This document shows positions 9,717-20,289 of a stretch of DNA of 64,000 bases, in pieces (position 1 is the first letter of the stretch; each line of letters begins with the position of its first letter). A program made the position numbers and the translations under genes. The notes under the pieces were generated by a model. The model was not told the DNA's origin and searched no databases. It saw only the letters and a program-made list of their open reading frames with translations. Source of the stretch: Pseudonocardia sp. (GTDB lineage Bacteria; Actinomycetota; Actinomycetes; Mycobacteriales; Pseudonocardiaceae); NCBI GenBank assembly GCA_035540535.1, contig DATLGI010000138.1:6924-70923 (forward strand). Reading direction: 5' to 3'.

Positions 9717-11165
9717 ATGAACGACGGCGGGGCAGGCAGCCGGGTCGGGGTCACCGGGCTGGCGGTGATGGGGGCGAACCTGGCCCGCAACATCGCCGGC
9801 CGGGGGATCCCGGTGGCCGTGCACAACCGCACGGCGGCGCGGACGCGCGAGTTCGTCGCCGAGTACGGGCACGAGGGTCCGTTCACGGCCGCGGAGACGC
9901 TCGCCGACCTCGTCGCCGCGCTGGAGCGGCCGCGCCGGGTCGTCGTGATGGTCAAGGCGGGCGCTCCGGTGGACGCGGTGATCGACGAGCTCGCCCCGCT
10001 GCTCGACGACGGCGACATCGTCCTCGACGCCGGCAACTCGCACTTCGCCGACACCCGCCGGCGCGCGCAGGCCTGCGCGGCGCGCGGGCTGCGGTTCCTC
10101 GGCGTCGGCGTGTCCGGCGGTGAGGAGGGCGCCCTGCACGGCCCGAGCATCATGCCCGGCGGCGACGCGGGTGCCTACGCGGAGGTCGAGGACGTCCTGA
10201 CGGCGATCGCCGCGCGGGTGGACGGCACTCCGTGCTGCGTGCACGTCGGCCCGGACGGCGCCGGGCACTACGTGAAGATGGTGCACAACGGCATCGAGTA
10301 CGCCGACATCCAGCTCATCGCCGAGGCGTACGACCTGCTCACCCACGTCGCCGGGCTCGACGCGCCCGAGATCGCGGAGGTCTTCGCCGAGTGGAACTCC
10401 GGGGACCTGGAGTCGTTCCTGATCGAGATCACCGCGATCGTGCTGGCGAAGGACGACGAGCGCACCGGCGGCCCGCTGGTCGACGTCATCGCCGACCGGG
10501 CCGAGCAGAAGGGCACCGGCCGGTGGACGGCGATCGATGCACTGGAACTCGGCGTGCCGCTGACCGGGATCACCGAGGCGGTGTTCGCGCGCACGCTGTC
10601 CTCCCTGCACGAGGAGCGGCGGGCCGCGGCAGCGACCCTGGGCGGCCCGACCCCCGGCGGCGGTGCCGATCATCCAGAGCTGGTCGAGGACATCCGACGG
10701 GCCCTGTACGCGAGCAAGGTCGTCGCCTACGCGCAGGGTTTCGCGCAGATGCGGGCCGCGTCGATCGCGAACGGCTGGGACCTCGACCTCGGCGCGATGG
10801 CGACGATCTGGCGCGGCGGCTGCATCATCCGGGCCCGGTTCCTCGACCGGATCCGGGAGGCCTACGCCGAGCACCCCGACCTGGACAACCTGCTGATGGT
10901 GCCCTACTTCACCGAGGCCGTCGGCTCGGCGCAGGACGCATGGCGCCGGGTGGTCGTCACGGCCACCGAGCAGGGCGTCGCGGTTCCGGCGTTCGCGTCG
11001 TCACTGTCGTACTACGACGGCTACCGTCGCGAGCGGGGCCCGGCGAATCTGATCCAGGGCCTGCGCGACCACTTCGGCGCGCACACCTACCGGCGGATCG
11101 ACGCCGAGGGCGCCTTCCACACGCGGTGGGGGCAGGACGGCGCCGAGGTGCGCACCGACACGTGA
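9717..11165 (+). CDS. gnd: NADP-dependent decarboxylating 6-phosphogluconate dehydrogenase
   Basis: ORF 9717..11165 has GLAVMGANLARN and a full-length 6PGDH pattern (GTGRWT, HFGAHTYRRID). Confidence 0.95.
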   Translation: MNDGGAGSRVGVTGLAVMGANLARNIAGRGIPVAVHNRTAARTREFVAEYGHEGPFTAAETLADLVAALERPRRVVVMVKAGAPVDAVIDELAPLLDDGDIVLDAGNSHFADTRRRAQACAARGLRFLGVGVSGGEEGALHGPSIMPGGDAGAYAEVEDVLTAIAARVDGTPCCVHVGPDGAGHYVKMVHNGIEYADIQLIAEAYDLLTHVAGLDAPEIAEVFAEWNSGDLESFLIEITAIVLAKDDERTGGPLVDVIADRAEQKGTGRWTAIDALELGVPLTGITEAVFARTLSSLHEERRAAAATLGGPTPGGGADHPELVEDIRRALYASKVVAYAQGFAQMRAASIANGWDLDLGAMATIWRGGCIIRARFLDRIREAYAEHPDLDNLLMVPYFTEAVGSAQDAWRRVVVTATEQGVAVPAFASSLSYYDGYRRERGPANLIQGLRDHFGAHTYRRIDAEGAFHTRWGQDGAEVRTDT

Positions 11166-11200
11166 GGGTCGCTCCGTCCCCCATGGTCGATGCTGGTGGC

Positions 11201-12085
11201 ATGACACGCCTGCCCGGCTTCACCGACCACGACGTCGACGTCGACGGGGTGCGGATCCACGCCGCCGTCGGCGGGTCGGGGCCGCCGCTGCTGCTCCTGC
11301 ACGGCTACCCGCAGACCCATCTGATGTGGCACGCGGTGGCCCCGCGGCTCGCCGCGCGGTTCACGGTGGTGGCGGCCGACCTGCGCGGCTACGGCGGGTC
11401 GTCGCGCCCGCCCGGCGGCGACGACCACGCGGCCTACGCGAAGCGGGCGATGGCCGCGGACCAGGTCGGGCTGATGGAACGGCTCGGGTTCGAGCGGTTC
11501 GCCGTCGCCGGGCACGACCGCGGCGCGCGGGTGGTGCACCGCATGTGCCGCGACCACCCCGGCCGCGTCACCCGCGCCGCCGTGCTCGACATCGTGCCGA
11601 CGCTGCACGTGTTCGACCACACCGACCGCGCGCTGGCCACCGCCTACTACCACTGGTTCTTCCTCAGCCAGCCACCCGACCTGCCCGAGCGGCTCATCGG
11701 TGGCGCCCCCGAGTACTACCTGCGCCGCTGCCTCGCCGGCTGGAGCCGGCGCGACGGCGCCTTCGACGACGGCGTGGTCGCCGAGTACGTGCGCGCCTTC
11801 GCCGACCCGGCGACGATCGCGGCGACCTGCGAGGACTACCGGGCCGGGGCGTCGATCGACCTGGAGCACGACCGCGCCGACCCGCGCCGGGTGGCGTGCC
11901 CGCTGCTGGTGCTGTGGGGCGCCGACGGGTTCGTCGGGCGGAACTACGACGTGCTGGGCGTCTGGCGGGAGCAGGCCACCGACCCGTCGCTGGTGAGCGG
12001 CCGCGGCCTCCCGGGCGGGCACTTCGTGCCGGAGGAGGCGCCGGAGGAGACCTTCGGCGAGCTGCGCGCGTTCTTCACCGGCTAG
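11201..12085 (+). CDS. alpha/beta hydrolase (haloacetate dehalogenase/epoxide hydrolase-like)
   Basis: ATG at 11201 in the frame of ORF 10232..12085. It has LLLLHGYPQTHLMW, a GHDRGA nucleophile elbow and a GGHFVPEE tail. Confidence 0.85.
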   Translation: MTRLPGFTDHDVDVDGVRIHAAVGGSGPPLLLLHGYPQTHLMWHAVAPRLAARFTVVAADLRGYGGSSRPPGGDDHAAYAKRAMAADQVGLMERLGFERFAVAGHDRGARVVHRMCRDHPGRVTRAAVLDIVPTLHVFDHTDRALATAYYHWFFLSQPPDLPERLIGGAPEYYLRRCLAGWSRRDGAFDDGVVAEYVRAFADPATIAATCEDYRAGASIDLEHDRADPRRVACPLLVLWGADGFVGRNYDVLGVWREQATDPSLVSGRGLPGGHFVPEEAPEETFGELRAFFTG

Positions 12086-12219
12086 CCGAACGGGTACCCG
12101 TCCGGGTCGACGGGCTCGGTGCGGGCCACGCGGCCGGACGTCGATCGCGGCGGCGCCCCGGGTGGCGGGTCACCGGAGCCGGCCGTCCGGGGTGGCGGGG
12201 AGTGCGGGACGATCGGGGC

Positions 12220-12594
12220 ATGACCTCGATGACCCGTCTCACCCTTCTCACCGGTGGCACCCTCACCGTCCTGGGCGTCGTCGCCTACGTCCTGACCGGG
12301 GCGGCGAGCATCACCGCCCTCATCCCGACGTTCGTCGGCGTGCTGCTGCTGGTCTGCGGGGCGCTGGCCCGCCGGCCGCAGATGCACGCGCACGCGATGC
12401 ACGCCGCACTGGCGATCGCGCTGCTCGGCGCGCTCGGTTCGCTGATGCAGGTGGTGCGGCTCGGCGAGGTTTTCGCCGGTACCGCGGAACGGCCGGCGGC
12501 GGTGATCGTCAGCACGATCATGTTCGTGGTGCTGGTGGCCTTCCTGGTGCTGGGCGTGCGCTCGTTCGTCGCGGCCCGGCGCGCGCGGACCTGA
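12220..12594 (+). CDS. small integral membrane protein (4 predicted TM helices)
   Basis: ATG at 12220 in the frame of ORF 11326..12594. The sequence is hydrophobic throughout. Confidence 0.6.
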   Translation: MTSMTRLTLLTGGTLTVLGVVAYVLTGAASITALIPTFVGVLLLVCGALARRPQMHAHAMHAALAIALLGALGSLMQVVRLGEVFAGTAERPAAVIVSTIMFVVLVAFLVLGVRSFVAARRART

Positions 12595-12603
12595 CCGCCA
12601 CCC

Positions 12604-12667
12604 CCCGACATGGAGACATCTCGGGGTGCAGCGGGCGCATCCGACCCCGATGTGTGTCCATGTCGGG
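12604..12667. terminator. long bipartite hairpin between convergent genes (candidate bidirectional terminator)
   Basis: The outer stem is CCCGACATGGA / TCCATGTCGGG. The inner stem is CATC(TC)GGGGT / ACCCCGATG. Read directly from the sequence. Confidence 0.45.
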
Positions 12668-12682
12668 CGCGGGGTGGGGCGC

Positions 12683-14392
12683 TCACCGCAGGGGGACGAC
12701 CTCCGGTGCGCCCATCCGGGCGGAGTCGGCCGTCTCGTCGTCGGGCATCCGCTGGCTCTCGCGCTCGGCGTCCACCCGCTTGCGGTAGTGGTCGATCTCG
12801 AGCCGCACCTGCGCCTCGCTCCAGCCCAGCACCGGGGCGACCAGGCCCGCCACCTCCTCGACCGCACCCAGCCCGCGGTCGAAGGTCTCGATCGACACCC
12901 GGGTGCGGCGGGCCAGCACGTCGTCGAGGTGCCGCGCACCCTCGTGCGAGGCGGCGTAGACGATCTCGGCGCGCAGGTGGTCCGGCGCGCCGGTGACGGG
13001 CCGGCCGAGCTCCGGGTCGGCGACGACCAGGTCGAGCACCTCGTGCACCAGCGAGCCGTACCGCCGCAGCAGTTGCTCGATCCGCGCCTCGTGCACCCCG
13101 TACCGGCGGGCGAGCGCGTGGCGGGCGTTGCACAGCGCCGCGAACCCCTCCGCCCCGAGCAGCGGCACGTCCTCGGTCACCGACGGCGGCACCTTGGCGT
13201 CCAGCGCGTGCGCCGCCGCGTCGATGGCGTCCCGGGCCATCACCCGGTACGTCGTGTACTTCCCGCCGGCGACGACGACGAGGCCCGGCACCGTGTGCGC
13301 CACCGCGTGCTCGCGGGACAGCTTCGACGTCGACTCCGACTCCCCCGACAGCAGCGGCCGCAGCCCCGCGTAGACGCCCTCGACGTCGGCGTGCGTGAGC
13401 GGCTGCTCCAGCACGGCGTTGACGTGGTCGAGCAGGTAGTCGATGTCGGCGGCGCTCGCGGCGGGATGGGCCAGCCCGAGGTTCCAGTCGGTGTCGGTGG
13501 TGCCGATGATCCAGTGCCGGCCCCACGGGATGACGAACAGCACCGACTTCTCGGTGCGCAGGATCAGCCCCGCGTCGCCGTGGATCCGGTCCCGGGGCAC
13601 GACCAGGTGGATCCCCTTGCTCGCCCGGACGTGGAAGCGCCCGCGCTCGCCGGCAAGGCCCTGTGTCTCGTCGGTCCACACGCCGGTGGCGTTGACGACC
13701 TGGCGGGCGCGCACCTCGACCGTCCGGTCCGCCTCCAGGTCGTGCACCCGCGCGCCGACCACCCGCTCGCCTTCGCGCAGCAGCCCCACCACCCGGGCCC
13801 GCGACGCGACGTGCGCGCCGTACGCCGCCGCCGTGCGGGCGACGAACATCGTGTGGCGCGCGTCGTCGACCTGCGCGTCGTAGTACAGCAGCGCGCCCAC
13901 CAGCGCGTCCCGGCGCAGCGACGGGACCAGCCGGCGCGCGCCACCGCGGGTCAGGTGCCGGTGGTGCGGCACCCCGCGGGCCCGCCGGGAGAACAGCGCG
14001 AGCATGTCGTACAGCGCGACGCCCGCGCCGGCGTAGAGCCGTTCCCAGGCCCGATGACGCAGCGGGTAGAGGAACGGCACCGGCCGCACGAGGTGCGGGG
14101 CGAGCCGGTCGATCAGCAGCCCGCGCTCGGCCAGCGCCTCGGCGACCAGCCGGAAGTCGAGCATCTCCAGATAGCGCAGGCCGCCGTGGATCAGCTTGCT
14201 GGACCGGCTCGACGTGCCCGAGGCGAAGTCGCGCGCCTCGACGAGCCCGACCGTGAGCCCGCGGGTGGCGGCGTCCAGGGCACTGCCCGCGCCCACCACG
14301 CCGCCGCCCACGACCAGCACGTCGAGCTCGGTCGCGGCCATGGCCTCCAGCGCCGCCGCGCGGGCCGCCGGGGAGAGCGCGACCGATCTCAT
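12683..14392 (-). CDS. glpD: FAD-dependent glycerol-3-phosphate dehydrogenase
   Basis: Internal Met of ORF 12683..15046. It has the DVLVVGGGVVGAG FAD motif and SSRSSKLIHGGLRYL. Confidence 0.92.
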   Translation of the reverse strand: MRSVALSPAARAAALEAMAATELDVLVVGGGVVGAGSALDAATRGLTVGLVEARDFASGTSSRSSKLIHGGLRYLEMLDFRLVAEALAERGLLIDRLAPHLVRPVPFLYPLRHRAWERLYAGAGVALYDMLALFSRRARGVPHHRHLTRGGARRLVPSLRRDALVGALLYYDAQVDDARHTMFVARTAAAYGAHVASRARVVGLLREGERVVGARVHDLEADRTVEVRARQVVNATGVWTDETQGLAGERGRFHVRASKGIHLVVPRDRIHGDAGLILRTEKSVLFVIPWGRHWIIGTTDTDWNLGLAHPAASAADIDYLLDHVNAVLEQPLTHADVEGVYAGLRPLLSGESESTSKLSREHAVAHTVPGLVVVAGGKYTTYRVMARDAIDAAAHALDAKVPPSVTEDVPLLGAEGFAALCNARHALARRYGVHEARIEQLLRRYGSLVHEVLDLVVADPELGRPVTGAPDHLRAEIVYAASHEGARHLDDVLARRTRVSIETFDRGLGAVEEVAGLVAPVLGWSEAQVRLEIDHYRKRVDAERESQRMPDDETADSARMGAPEVVPLR

Positions 14393-14409
14393 GCGGAACT
14401 CCTTCGTCG

Positions 14410-15930
14410 TCAGTCCACGTCCACCCAGTCCAACGTCCGCTGCACCGCCATCTTCCACCGCGCGTAACCGGCGTCGCGCTGCTCCGCGCTCCAGGCCGGG
14501 TGCCAGCGCTTGTCCTCGTTCCAGTTCTGCCGCAGCTCGTCGGTGGAGCTCCAGAACCCGACGGCGAGACCGGCCGCGTACGCCGCGCCGAGTGCCGTCG
14601 TCTCCGCGACGACCGGCCGGCTGACCGGCACGCCGAGGACGTCGGCCTGGATCTGCATGCACAGCTCGTTCGCCGTGACCCCGCCGTCGACCTTGAGCAC
14701 CTCCAGGTGCACGCCCGAGTCGGACTCCATCGCCTCCGCGACGTCGCGGCTCTGGTAGCAGATCGCCTCCAGCGTCGCCCGCGCCAGGTGCGCGTTGGTG
14801 TTGTAGCGCGACAGCCCGACGATCGCGCCGCGGGCGTCCGAGCGCCAGTAGGGCGCGAAGAGGCCGGAGAACGCCGGGACGAAGTACACCCCGCCGTTGT
14901 CGGCCACCTGCCGCGCCAGCGCCTCGCTCTGCGCCGCGCCGGAGATGATGCCGAGCTGGTCGCGCAGCCACTGCACCGCCGAGCCGGTGACGGCGATCGA
15001 GCCCTCCAGCGCGTAGACGACGGGCTCGTCGCCGAACTTGTAGCACACCGTCGAGAGCAGCCCGGCCTGCGAGCGCACCAGCTCGGTGCCGGTGTTGAGC
15101 AGCATGAAGTTGCCCGTGCCGTAGGTGTTCTTCGCCTCACCCGGGGCGAAGCAGACCTGCCCGACGGTGGCGGCCTGCTGGTCGCCGAGGTCGCCGGTGA
15201 TCGGCACCTCGCCGCCGAGCGGGCCGTTCGCGCGGGTGGTCCCGTAGGGCTCCGGGGACGAGCTGGGCCGGATCTCGGGCAGCATCTGGCGCGGGATGCC
15301 GAAGAAGCCGAGCAGCTCGTCGTCCCAGTCGAGGGTCTCCAGGTCCATCAGCATCGTGCGGCTGGCGTTGGTGACGTCGGTGACGTGCACGCCGCCGTCG
15401 CGCCCGCCGGTGAGGTTCCACAGCAGCCAGGTGTCCGTGTTGCCGAACACGGCGTCGCCGCGCTCGGCCGCCTCGCGGGCGCCGTCGACGTTCTCCAGGA
15501 TCCACTGGACCTTCCCACCGGAGAAGTAGGTGGCCGGCGGGAGCCCGGCCTTGCGCCGGATCACGTCGCCGCGCCCGTCGCGCTCCAGGGCGGAGGCGAT
15601 CCGGTCCGTCCGCGTGTCCTGCCAGACGATGGCGTTGTAGAGCGGCCGGCCGGTGCGCCGGTCCCACACCACCGCCGTCTCGCGCTGGTTGGTGATCCCC
15701 AGCGCGACGAGGTCGGCCGCCGAGAGCCCGCTGCGGTTCAACGCCGACTGCAGCACCGACGACGTGCGCTCCCAGATCTCGACGGGGTCGTGCTCCACCC
15801 ACCCGGCCTGCGGGAGGATCTGCTGGTGCTCGAGCTGGTGGCGCCCCACCTCGTCGCCACCGTGGTCGAAGATCATGAAGCGGGTGCTGGTGGTTCCTTG
15901 GTCGACGGCGCCGACGAACTCGGCCATCAC
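14410..15930 (-). CDS. glpK: glycerol kinase
   Basis: ORF 14410..15930 has [11 protein letters not shown] and the full FGGY kinase pattern. Confidence 0.95.
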   Translation of the reverse strand: MMAEFVGAVDQGTTSTRFMIFDHGGDEVGRHQLEHQQILPQAGWVEHDPVEIWERTSSVLQSALNRSGLSAADLVALGITNQRETAVVWDRRTGRPLYNAIVWQDTRTDRIASALERDGRGDVIRRKAGLPPATYFSGGKVQWILENVDGAREAAERGDAVFGNTDTWLLWNLTGGRDGGVHVTDVTNASRTMLMDLETLDWDDELLGFFGIPRQMLPEIRPSSSPEPYGTTRANGPLGGEVPITGDLGDQQAATVGQVCFAPGEAKNTYGTGNFMLLNTGTELVRSQAGLLSTVCYKFGDEPVVYALEGSIAVTGSAVQWLRDQLGIISGAAQSEALARQVADNGGVYFVPAFSGLFAPYWRSDARGAIVGLSRYNTNAHLARATLEAICYQSRDVAEAMESDSGVHLEVLKVDGGVTANELCMQIQADVLGVPVSRPVVAETTALGAAYAAGLAVGFWSSTDELRQNWNEDKRWHPAWSAEQRDAGYARWKMAVQRTLDWVDVD

Positions 15931-15939
15931 GGTCCTTCC

Positions 15940-16758
15940 TCACTCGTTGGGTCGGGGCTCGCCCACGGCCGGGGCCACCGGCTCGGCCTCGGTGGGCAGG
16001 TAGCGCTCGATCAGGGCCTTCCAGAGCAGGCCACCGACCACCGCGCCGATGATCGGGGCGACGATGGGCAACCAGAAGTACAGGTTCCCGTTCTGGTCGG
16101 ACCAGGCCGTGGAGTAGCCGGTGAGGAACGACGCCAGCCGCGGGCCGAAGTCGCGGGCCGGGTTGATCGCGTAACCGGCGTTGGCGCCCCAGGCCATCCC
16201 GATGCCGACGACGATCAGGCCGATCACCACCGGGCCGAGGTTCGCCAGCGGCGGGTTGTTCACCGCGGTCGTGACGGCGAGCACCAGGAACACGAGGATC
16301 GCCGTGCCGATCACCTGGTCCAGGAAGGCGGTCGGGATCCCGATCCCGTCGACGCCGTTGCCGGGCAGCGTCGAGAAGATGATCTGGCTGTCGATCGTCG
16401 TCCCCGGGTCGACCTTCGCGATCCAGTCGGCGTAGGCCACCCGCACGACCAGCGCCGCGACGAAAGCGCCCGCGGTCTGCGCCAGCGAGTACGGCAGCAC
16501 CTTGCGCCACGGGAAGCCGCGGAACAGAGCGAAGGCGATCGTCACCGCCGGGTTGATGTGGCCGCCGCTGATCCGGGCGGCGGTGTAGACCCCGAGGATC
16601 ACGCCGATGCCCCAGGCCCACGCGATCGAGTCGTGGTCGCCGAGGCTGCCGTCGGGGCTGGTCACCACCTGCGCGACGACGCCGAGGCCGAACAGGATGA
16701 GGATGAACGTGCCGGCGAATTCGGCGAACAGCTCGCCGGCGTACTTCTCCCGAGCCAT
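15940..16758 (-). CDS. glpF: aquaglyceroporin (MIP family glycerol facilitator)
   Basis: ORF 15940..16758 has two NPA boxes (GGHINPAVT, YAINPARDFGPR). Confidence 0.92.
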   Translation of the reverse strand: MAREKYAGELFAEFAGTFILILFGLGVVAQVVTSPDGSLGDHDSIAWAWGIGVILGVYTAARISGGHINPAVTIAFALFRGFPWRKVLPYSLAQTAGAFVAALVVRVAYADWIAKVDPGTTIDSQIIFSTLPGNGVDGIGIPTAFLDQVIGTAILVFLVLAVTTAVNNPPLANLGPVVIGLIVVGIGMAWGANAGYAINPARDFGPRLASFLTGYSTAWSDQNGNLYFWLPIVAPIIGAVVGGLLWKALIERYLPTEAEPVAPAVGEPRPNE

Positions 16759-16829
16759 GGATTGCCCCCGATCGGTCCGGATGAGGTCTGCGGACGGTAG
16801 GTAGCCCGTCCGACGCGGTCAACGGCACC

Positions 16830-16848
16830 TGTTCGGCATGGCCGAACA
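16830..16848. promoter_or_regulatory. perfect 8-3-8 palindrome TGTTCGGC-ATG-GCCGAACA (candidate GylR/IclR operator)
   Basis: Read directly from the sequence. It is centred on the annotated ATG of the IclR gene, in the glpF/regulator divergent region. Confidence 0.4.
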
Positions 16849-17656
16849 CCAGGTCGGGCGCAGGTCGCAGCCGGTGGCTACGGTGCGTGGCGTGGCGGGC
16901 CCGATCCGGTCGATCGAACGGGCGGCGGCGGTGCTGCGGCTGCTCGGCGGCGCCGGCCGGCCCCTCGGGCTGCGCGAGCTCGCCGCCGCGCTCGACCTGC
17001 CACCGCCGACGGCACACGGCATCGTCCGGACGCTCTGCGCGGTGGGCTTCGTGGACCAGGACCCGGACACCGCGCGGTACCGGCTGGGCCCGGGGTTGCG
17101 CGAGCTGCGCGCGGGTGGCTGGGACCGGCACGAGCTGCGGGCCCGGGCGATGGACTGGTCCGACTCGCTCGCCGGCAGCACCGGCCTGGCCGTCGTGCTC
17201 GGCGTGCCGGACGGCGCCGCGGTGCGCCTCGTGCACCACGTGTTCCGGCCGGACGGCTCGCCGCAGCGCATCCGCACCGGTGCGGTGCAGCCGCTGCACG
17301 CCACGGCGGCGGGGAAGTGCCTGCTGGCGTTCGCGCCGCTCGGCCTGCCGCCGCTGCGCGCGTTGCGGCTCGACCGCTACACCGGGAGGACGTGCACCGG
17401 CGCCGGCGCGTTGCAGGAGCAGCTCGCGCTGGCCCGCAGGCGCGGCTGGACGACGGACCACGGGGAGTACGAGCCCGGGGTCGGCGGCGCCGCGGCGGCG
17501 CTGCGCTCAGGCGGCGGGCTGGTGGTCGGCGCGCTCGGGGTGTGCGGCCCGGTCGAGGAGCTGTTCGGGTCCGGGGCCGAGCTGCGGCCGCGGCTGGCCG
17601 GTGAGCTGGCCGCGGCGGCACGGGAGGTGTCGGCGACGCTGGGGGCCCCGGGATGA
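16838..17656 (+). CDS. IclR family transcriptional regulator (GylR-like glycerol regulator)
   Basis: ORF 16838..17656 has an N-terminal wHTH ([12 protein letters not shown]...LRELAAAL) and is divergent from glpFKD. Confidence 0.85.
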   Translation: MAEHQVGRRSQPVATVRGVAGPIRSIERAAAVLRLLGGAGRPLGLRELAAALDLPPPTAHGIVRTLCAVGFVDQDPDTARYRLGPGLRELRAGGWDRHELRARAMDWSDSLAGSTGLAVVLGVPDGAAVRLVHHVFRPDGSPQRIRTGAVQPLHATAAGKCLLAFAPLGLPPLRALRLDRYTGRTCTGAGALQEQLALARRRGWTTDHGEYEPGVGGAAAALRSGGGLVVGALGVCGPVEELFGSGAELRPRLAGELAAAAREVSATLGAPG

Positions 17657-19167
17657 GCCCGGACCGGGTGGTCGCCGCGATCGACCAGGGCACCACCTCG
17701 ACCCGGTGCCTGCTGTTCCACCGCTCCGGCCGGATGCTCGCCGTGGCCCGCCGCGAGCACCGCCAGCACTACCCGCGATCCGGCTGGGTCGAGCATGACG
17801 CCGAGGAGATCTGGCGCAACGTCGCCCGGGTCGTGCCGGCGGCCCTGCGCCGGGCCGGGCTGACCCCGGACTCGATCGTCGCGCTGGGCATCGCCAACCA
17901 GCGCGAGACGACGGTCGTGTGGGACCGGCACACCGGTGCTCCGTTGACCCGGGCGATCACCTGGCAGGACACCCGCACCGACGGCGTCGTCGCGCGCCTG
18001 GTGGCCGACGGGCACGGTGCCCTGTTCACGTCGATCTGCGGGCTGACCCCGGCGACCTACTTCGCGGGGCCGCGGCTGCGCTGGCTGCTCGACCACGTGC
18101 CCGGCGCCCGGGCGGGCGCCGAGGCCGGGGACGTGCTGTTCGGGACGATGGAGAGCTGGTTGATCTGGAACCTCACCGGCGGGCCCGACGGCGGCCGCCA
18201 CGTCACCGACGTGACCAATGCCAGCCGCACGATGCTCATGGACCTGCGCACCAAGACCTGGTCCGAGCCGCTGCTCGAGGTGCTGCGGGTGCCGCGGGCG
18301 ATGCTGCCCGAGATCCGGCCCAACGCGCAGGTGTACGGCACCTGCCGCAGCGTCCTGCCCGGCGTCCCGGTGGCCGGCGCCCTCGGCGACCAGCAGGCCG
18401 CGCTGGTCGGGCAGGCGTGCTTCGCGCCGGGCGAGGTCAAGTGCACCTACGGCACCGGGGCGTTCCTGCTGATGAACACCGGCGGGGCGATCGCGGAGTC
18501 CACCCACGGGCTCATCGCGACGGTCGGCTACGAGCTGGGCGAGGCGCGGGCCTACGCGCTGGAGGGCGCCATCGCGGTGACCGGCGCGCTCGTGCAGTGG
18601 TTCCGCGACGCGCTCGGAATGATCACCACGGCGGCGGAGATCGAGACGCTGGCGAGCTCCGTGCCGGACAACGGCGGCTGCTACATCGTCCCGGCCTTCT
18701 CCGGGCTGTACTCGCCGCGCTGGCACCCGGAGGCCCGCGGGGTGATGGTCGGGCTGACGTCGTTCGTGACCCGCGGGCACCTGGCCCGGGCGGTGCTGGA
18801 GGCCACCGGCTGGCAGACCCGCGAGGTGGTGGACGCCATGGACGCCGACTCGGGCCTGCCGGTCGCCCGGCTCAAGGTCGACGGCGGGATGACGGCGAAC
18901 CACCTGCTGATGCAGTTCGTCGCCGACGTGCTGGACGTGCCGGTGGAGCGCCCGCTGGGGTCGGAGGCGGTGTCGCTCGGTGCGGCCTACGCGGCGGGGT
19001 TGGCCGTCGGGCACTGGGCGGACCTGGAGGTGCTGCGCGGCAACTGGCGCCGGGCCGCGGCGTGGACCCCCCGGATGGACCCGGCGCTGCGGGCGGCCGA
19101 GCACGAGAACTGGTCGCACGCGGTCCAGCGCAGCTACGGATGGGTCCGCGAGCCCGGCCCGGAGTGA
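17653..19167 (+). CDS. glpK: glycerol kinase paralog
   Basis: ORF 17653..19167 overlaps the regulator stop (ATGA). It has [10 protein letters not shown] and the full FGGY kinase pattern. Confidence 0.9.
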   Translation: MSPDRVVAAIDQGTTSTRCLLFHRSGRMLAVARREHRQHYPRSGWVEHDAEEIWRNVARVVPAALRRAGLTPDSIVALGIANQRETTVVWDRHTGAPLTRAITWQDTRTDGVVARLVADGHGALFTSICGLTPATYFAGPRLRWLLDHVPGARAGAEAGDVLFGTMESWLIWNLTGGPDGGRHVTDVTNASRTMLMDLRTKTWSEPLLEVLRVPRAMLPEIRPNAQVYGTCRSVLPGVPVAGALGDQQAALVGQACFAPGEVKCTYGTGAFLLMNTGGAIAESTHGLIATVGYELGEARAYALEGAIAVTGALVQWFRDALGMITTAAEIETLASSVPDNGGCYIVPAFSGLYSPRWHPEARGVMVGLTSFVTRGHLARAVLEATGWQTREVVDAMDADSGLPVARLKVDGGMTANHLLMQFVADVLDVPVERPLGSEAVSLGAAYAAGLAVGHWADLEVLRGNWRRAAAWTPRMDPALRAAEHENWSHAVQRSYGWVREPGPE

Positions 19168-19281
19168 TCGCATCCGCCGCCCGCCCCGCTCGCCGGGGGT
19201 CGTCGAGCTCCCCGGCGTGCCGCGCGTCGGCCAGTTGCGTACCTTCTGCTCCGGCGGGAGGGTCCCGCGGGGGAGGTCGGC

Positions 19282-20289
19282 GTGATCCAGATCACCGGGC
19301 TGACATGGGCGGTGACGATCGGGGTCATCATCGCGCTGCTCGCGCTGGACCTGCTGATCGGCTGGCTGAAGCCGCACCGGGTGGGCTTCCGCGAGGCGAC
19401 GGCGTGGTCGGTGTTCTACATCGCCGTGGCCATCGCGTTCGGGCTGTGGTTCACCTGGGCCTACGGCGGCACGGCCGGCACGGAGTACTTCGCCGGCTAC
19501 CTCGTGGAGAAGAGCCTGTCGGTCGACAACCTCTTCGTGTTCGTCATCATCATGACGACCTTCGCCGTGCCGGAGGAGCACCAGCACAAGGTGCTGACCT
19601 TCGGCATCGTGCTCGCGCTGATCATGCGCGCGATCTTCATCGCGCTGGGCGCGACGTTGATCTCGCTGTTCTCGTTCATGTTCCTGCTCTTCGGCCTCCT
19701 GCTGATCTACACCGCGGTGCAGCTCTTCCGGCACCGCGACGAGGACCCGGACGTCGAGGACAACGTCGTGGTGAAGACGGCGCGCCGGGTGCTGCCGGTC
19801 ACCGACGACTACGTGGGCGGGAAGATCATCACTCGCGTCGACGGCCGCCGGGTGGTGACACCGCTGCTGATCGTGCTGATCGCGATCGGCAGCGTCGACC
19901 TGCTGTTCGCGCTCGACTCGATCCCCGCGGTGTTCGGCATCACCCAGGAGCCCTACATCGTGTTCGCGGCGAACGCGTTCGCGCTGCTCGGCCTGCGGGC
20001 GCTGTTCTTCCTGGTCAAGGGCCTGCTCGACCGGCTGGTCTACCTCTCGGCCGGGCTCGCGCTCGTTCTCGCGTTCATCGGCGTCAAGCTGATCCTGCAC
20101 TGGGCGCACGAGGACATCTCCGAGGCGGTGCCGGAGATCACCACTCCGGTGAGCCTCGGCGTCATCGGCATCGTGCTGGTGGTCACCACCGTGGCGAGCC
20201 TGATCAAGACCCGCCGGGACCCGTCCGCGAAGGCGCACGCGGGCTCGCTCAAGGCCACCCGGTCGAAGGCCGATCAGCAGAGCGACTGA
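19282..20289 (+). CDS. TerC family integral membrane protein
   Basis: ORF 19282..20289 has the EKSLSVDNLFVF and ALDSIPAVFGIT repeat motifs. Confidence 0.9.
   Translation: MIQITGLTWAVTIGVIIALLALDLLIGWLKPHRVGFREATAWSVFYIAVAIAFGLWFTWAYGGTAGTEYFAGYLVEKSLSVDNLFVFVIIMTTFAVPEEHQHKVLTFGIVLALIMRAIFIALGATLISLFSFMFLLFGLLLIYTAVQLFRHRDEDPDVEDNVVVKTARRVLPVTDDYVGGKIITRVDGRRVVTPLLIVLIAIGSVDLLFALDSIPAVFGITQEPYIVFAANAFALLGLRALFFLVKGLLDRLVYLSAGLALVLAFIGVKLILHWAHEDISEAVPEITTPVSLGVIGIVLVVTTVASLIKTRRDPSAKAHAGSLKATRSKADQQSD

Noticed and set aside
19168-19281. Possible yybP-ykoY (Mn2+) riboswitch upstream of the TerC gene.
   Set aside because: TerC genes often carry this leader. However, I could not find the conserved GGGGAGUAG-type and paired conserved loop sequences in the 114-nt leader, only generic GC-rich hairpins.
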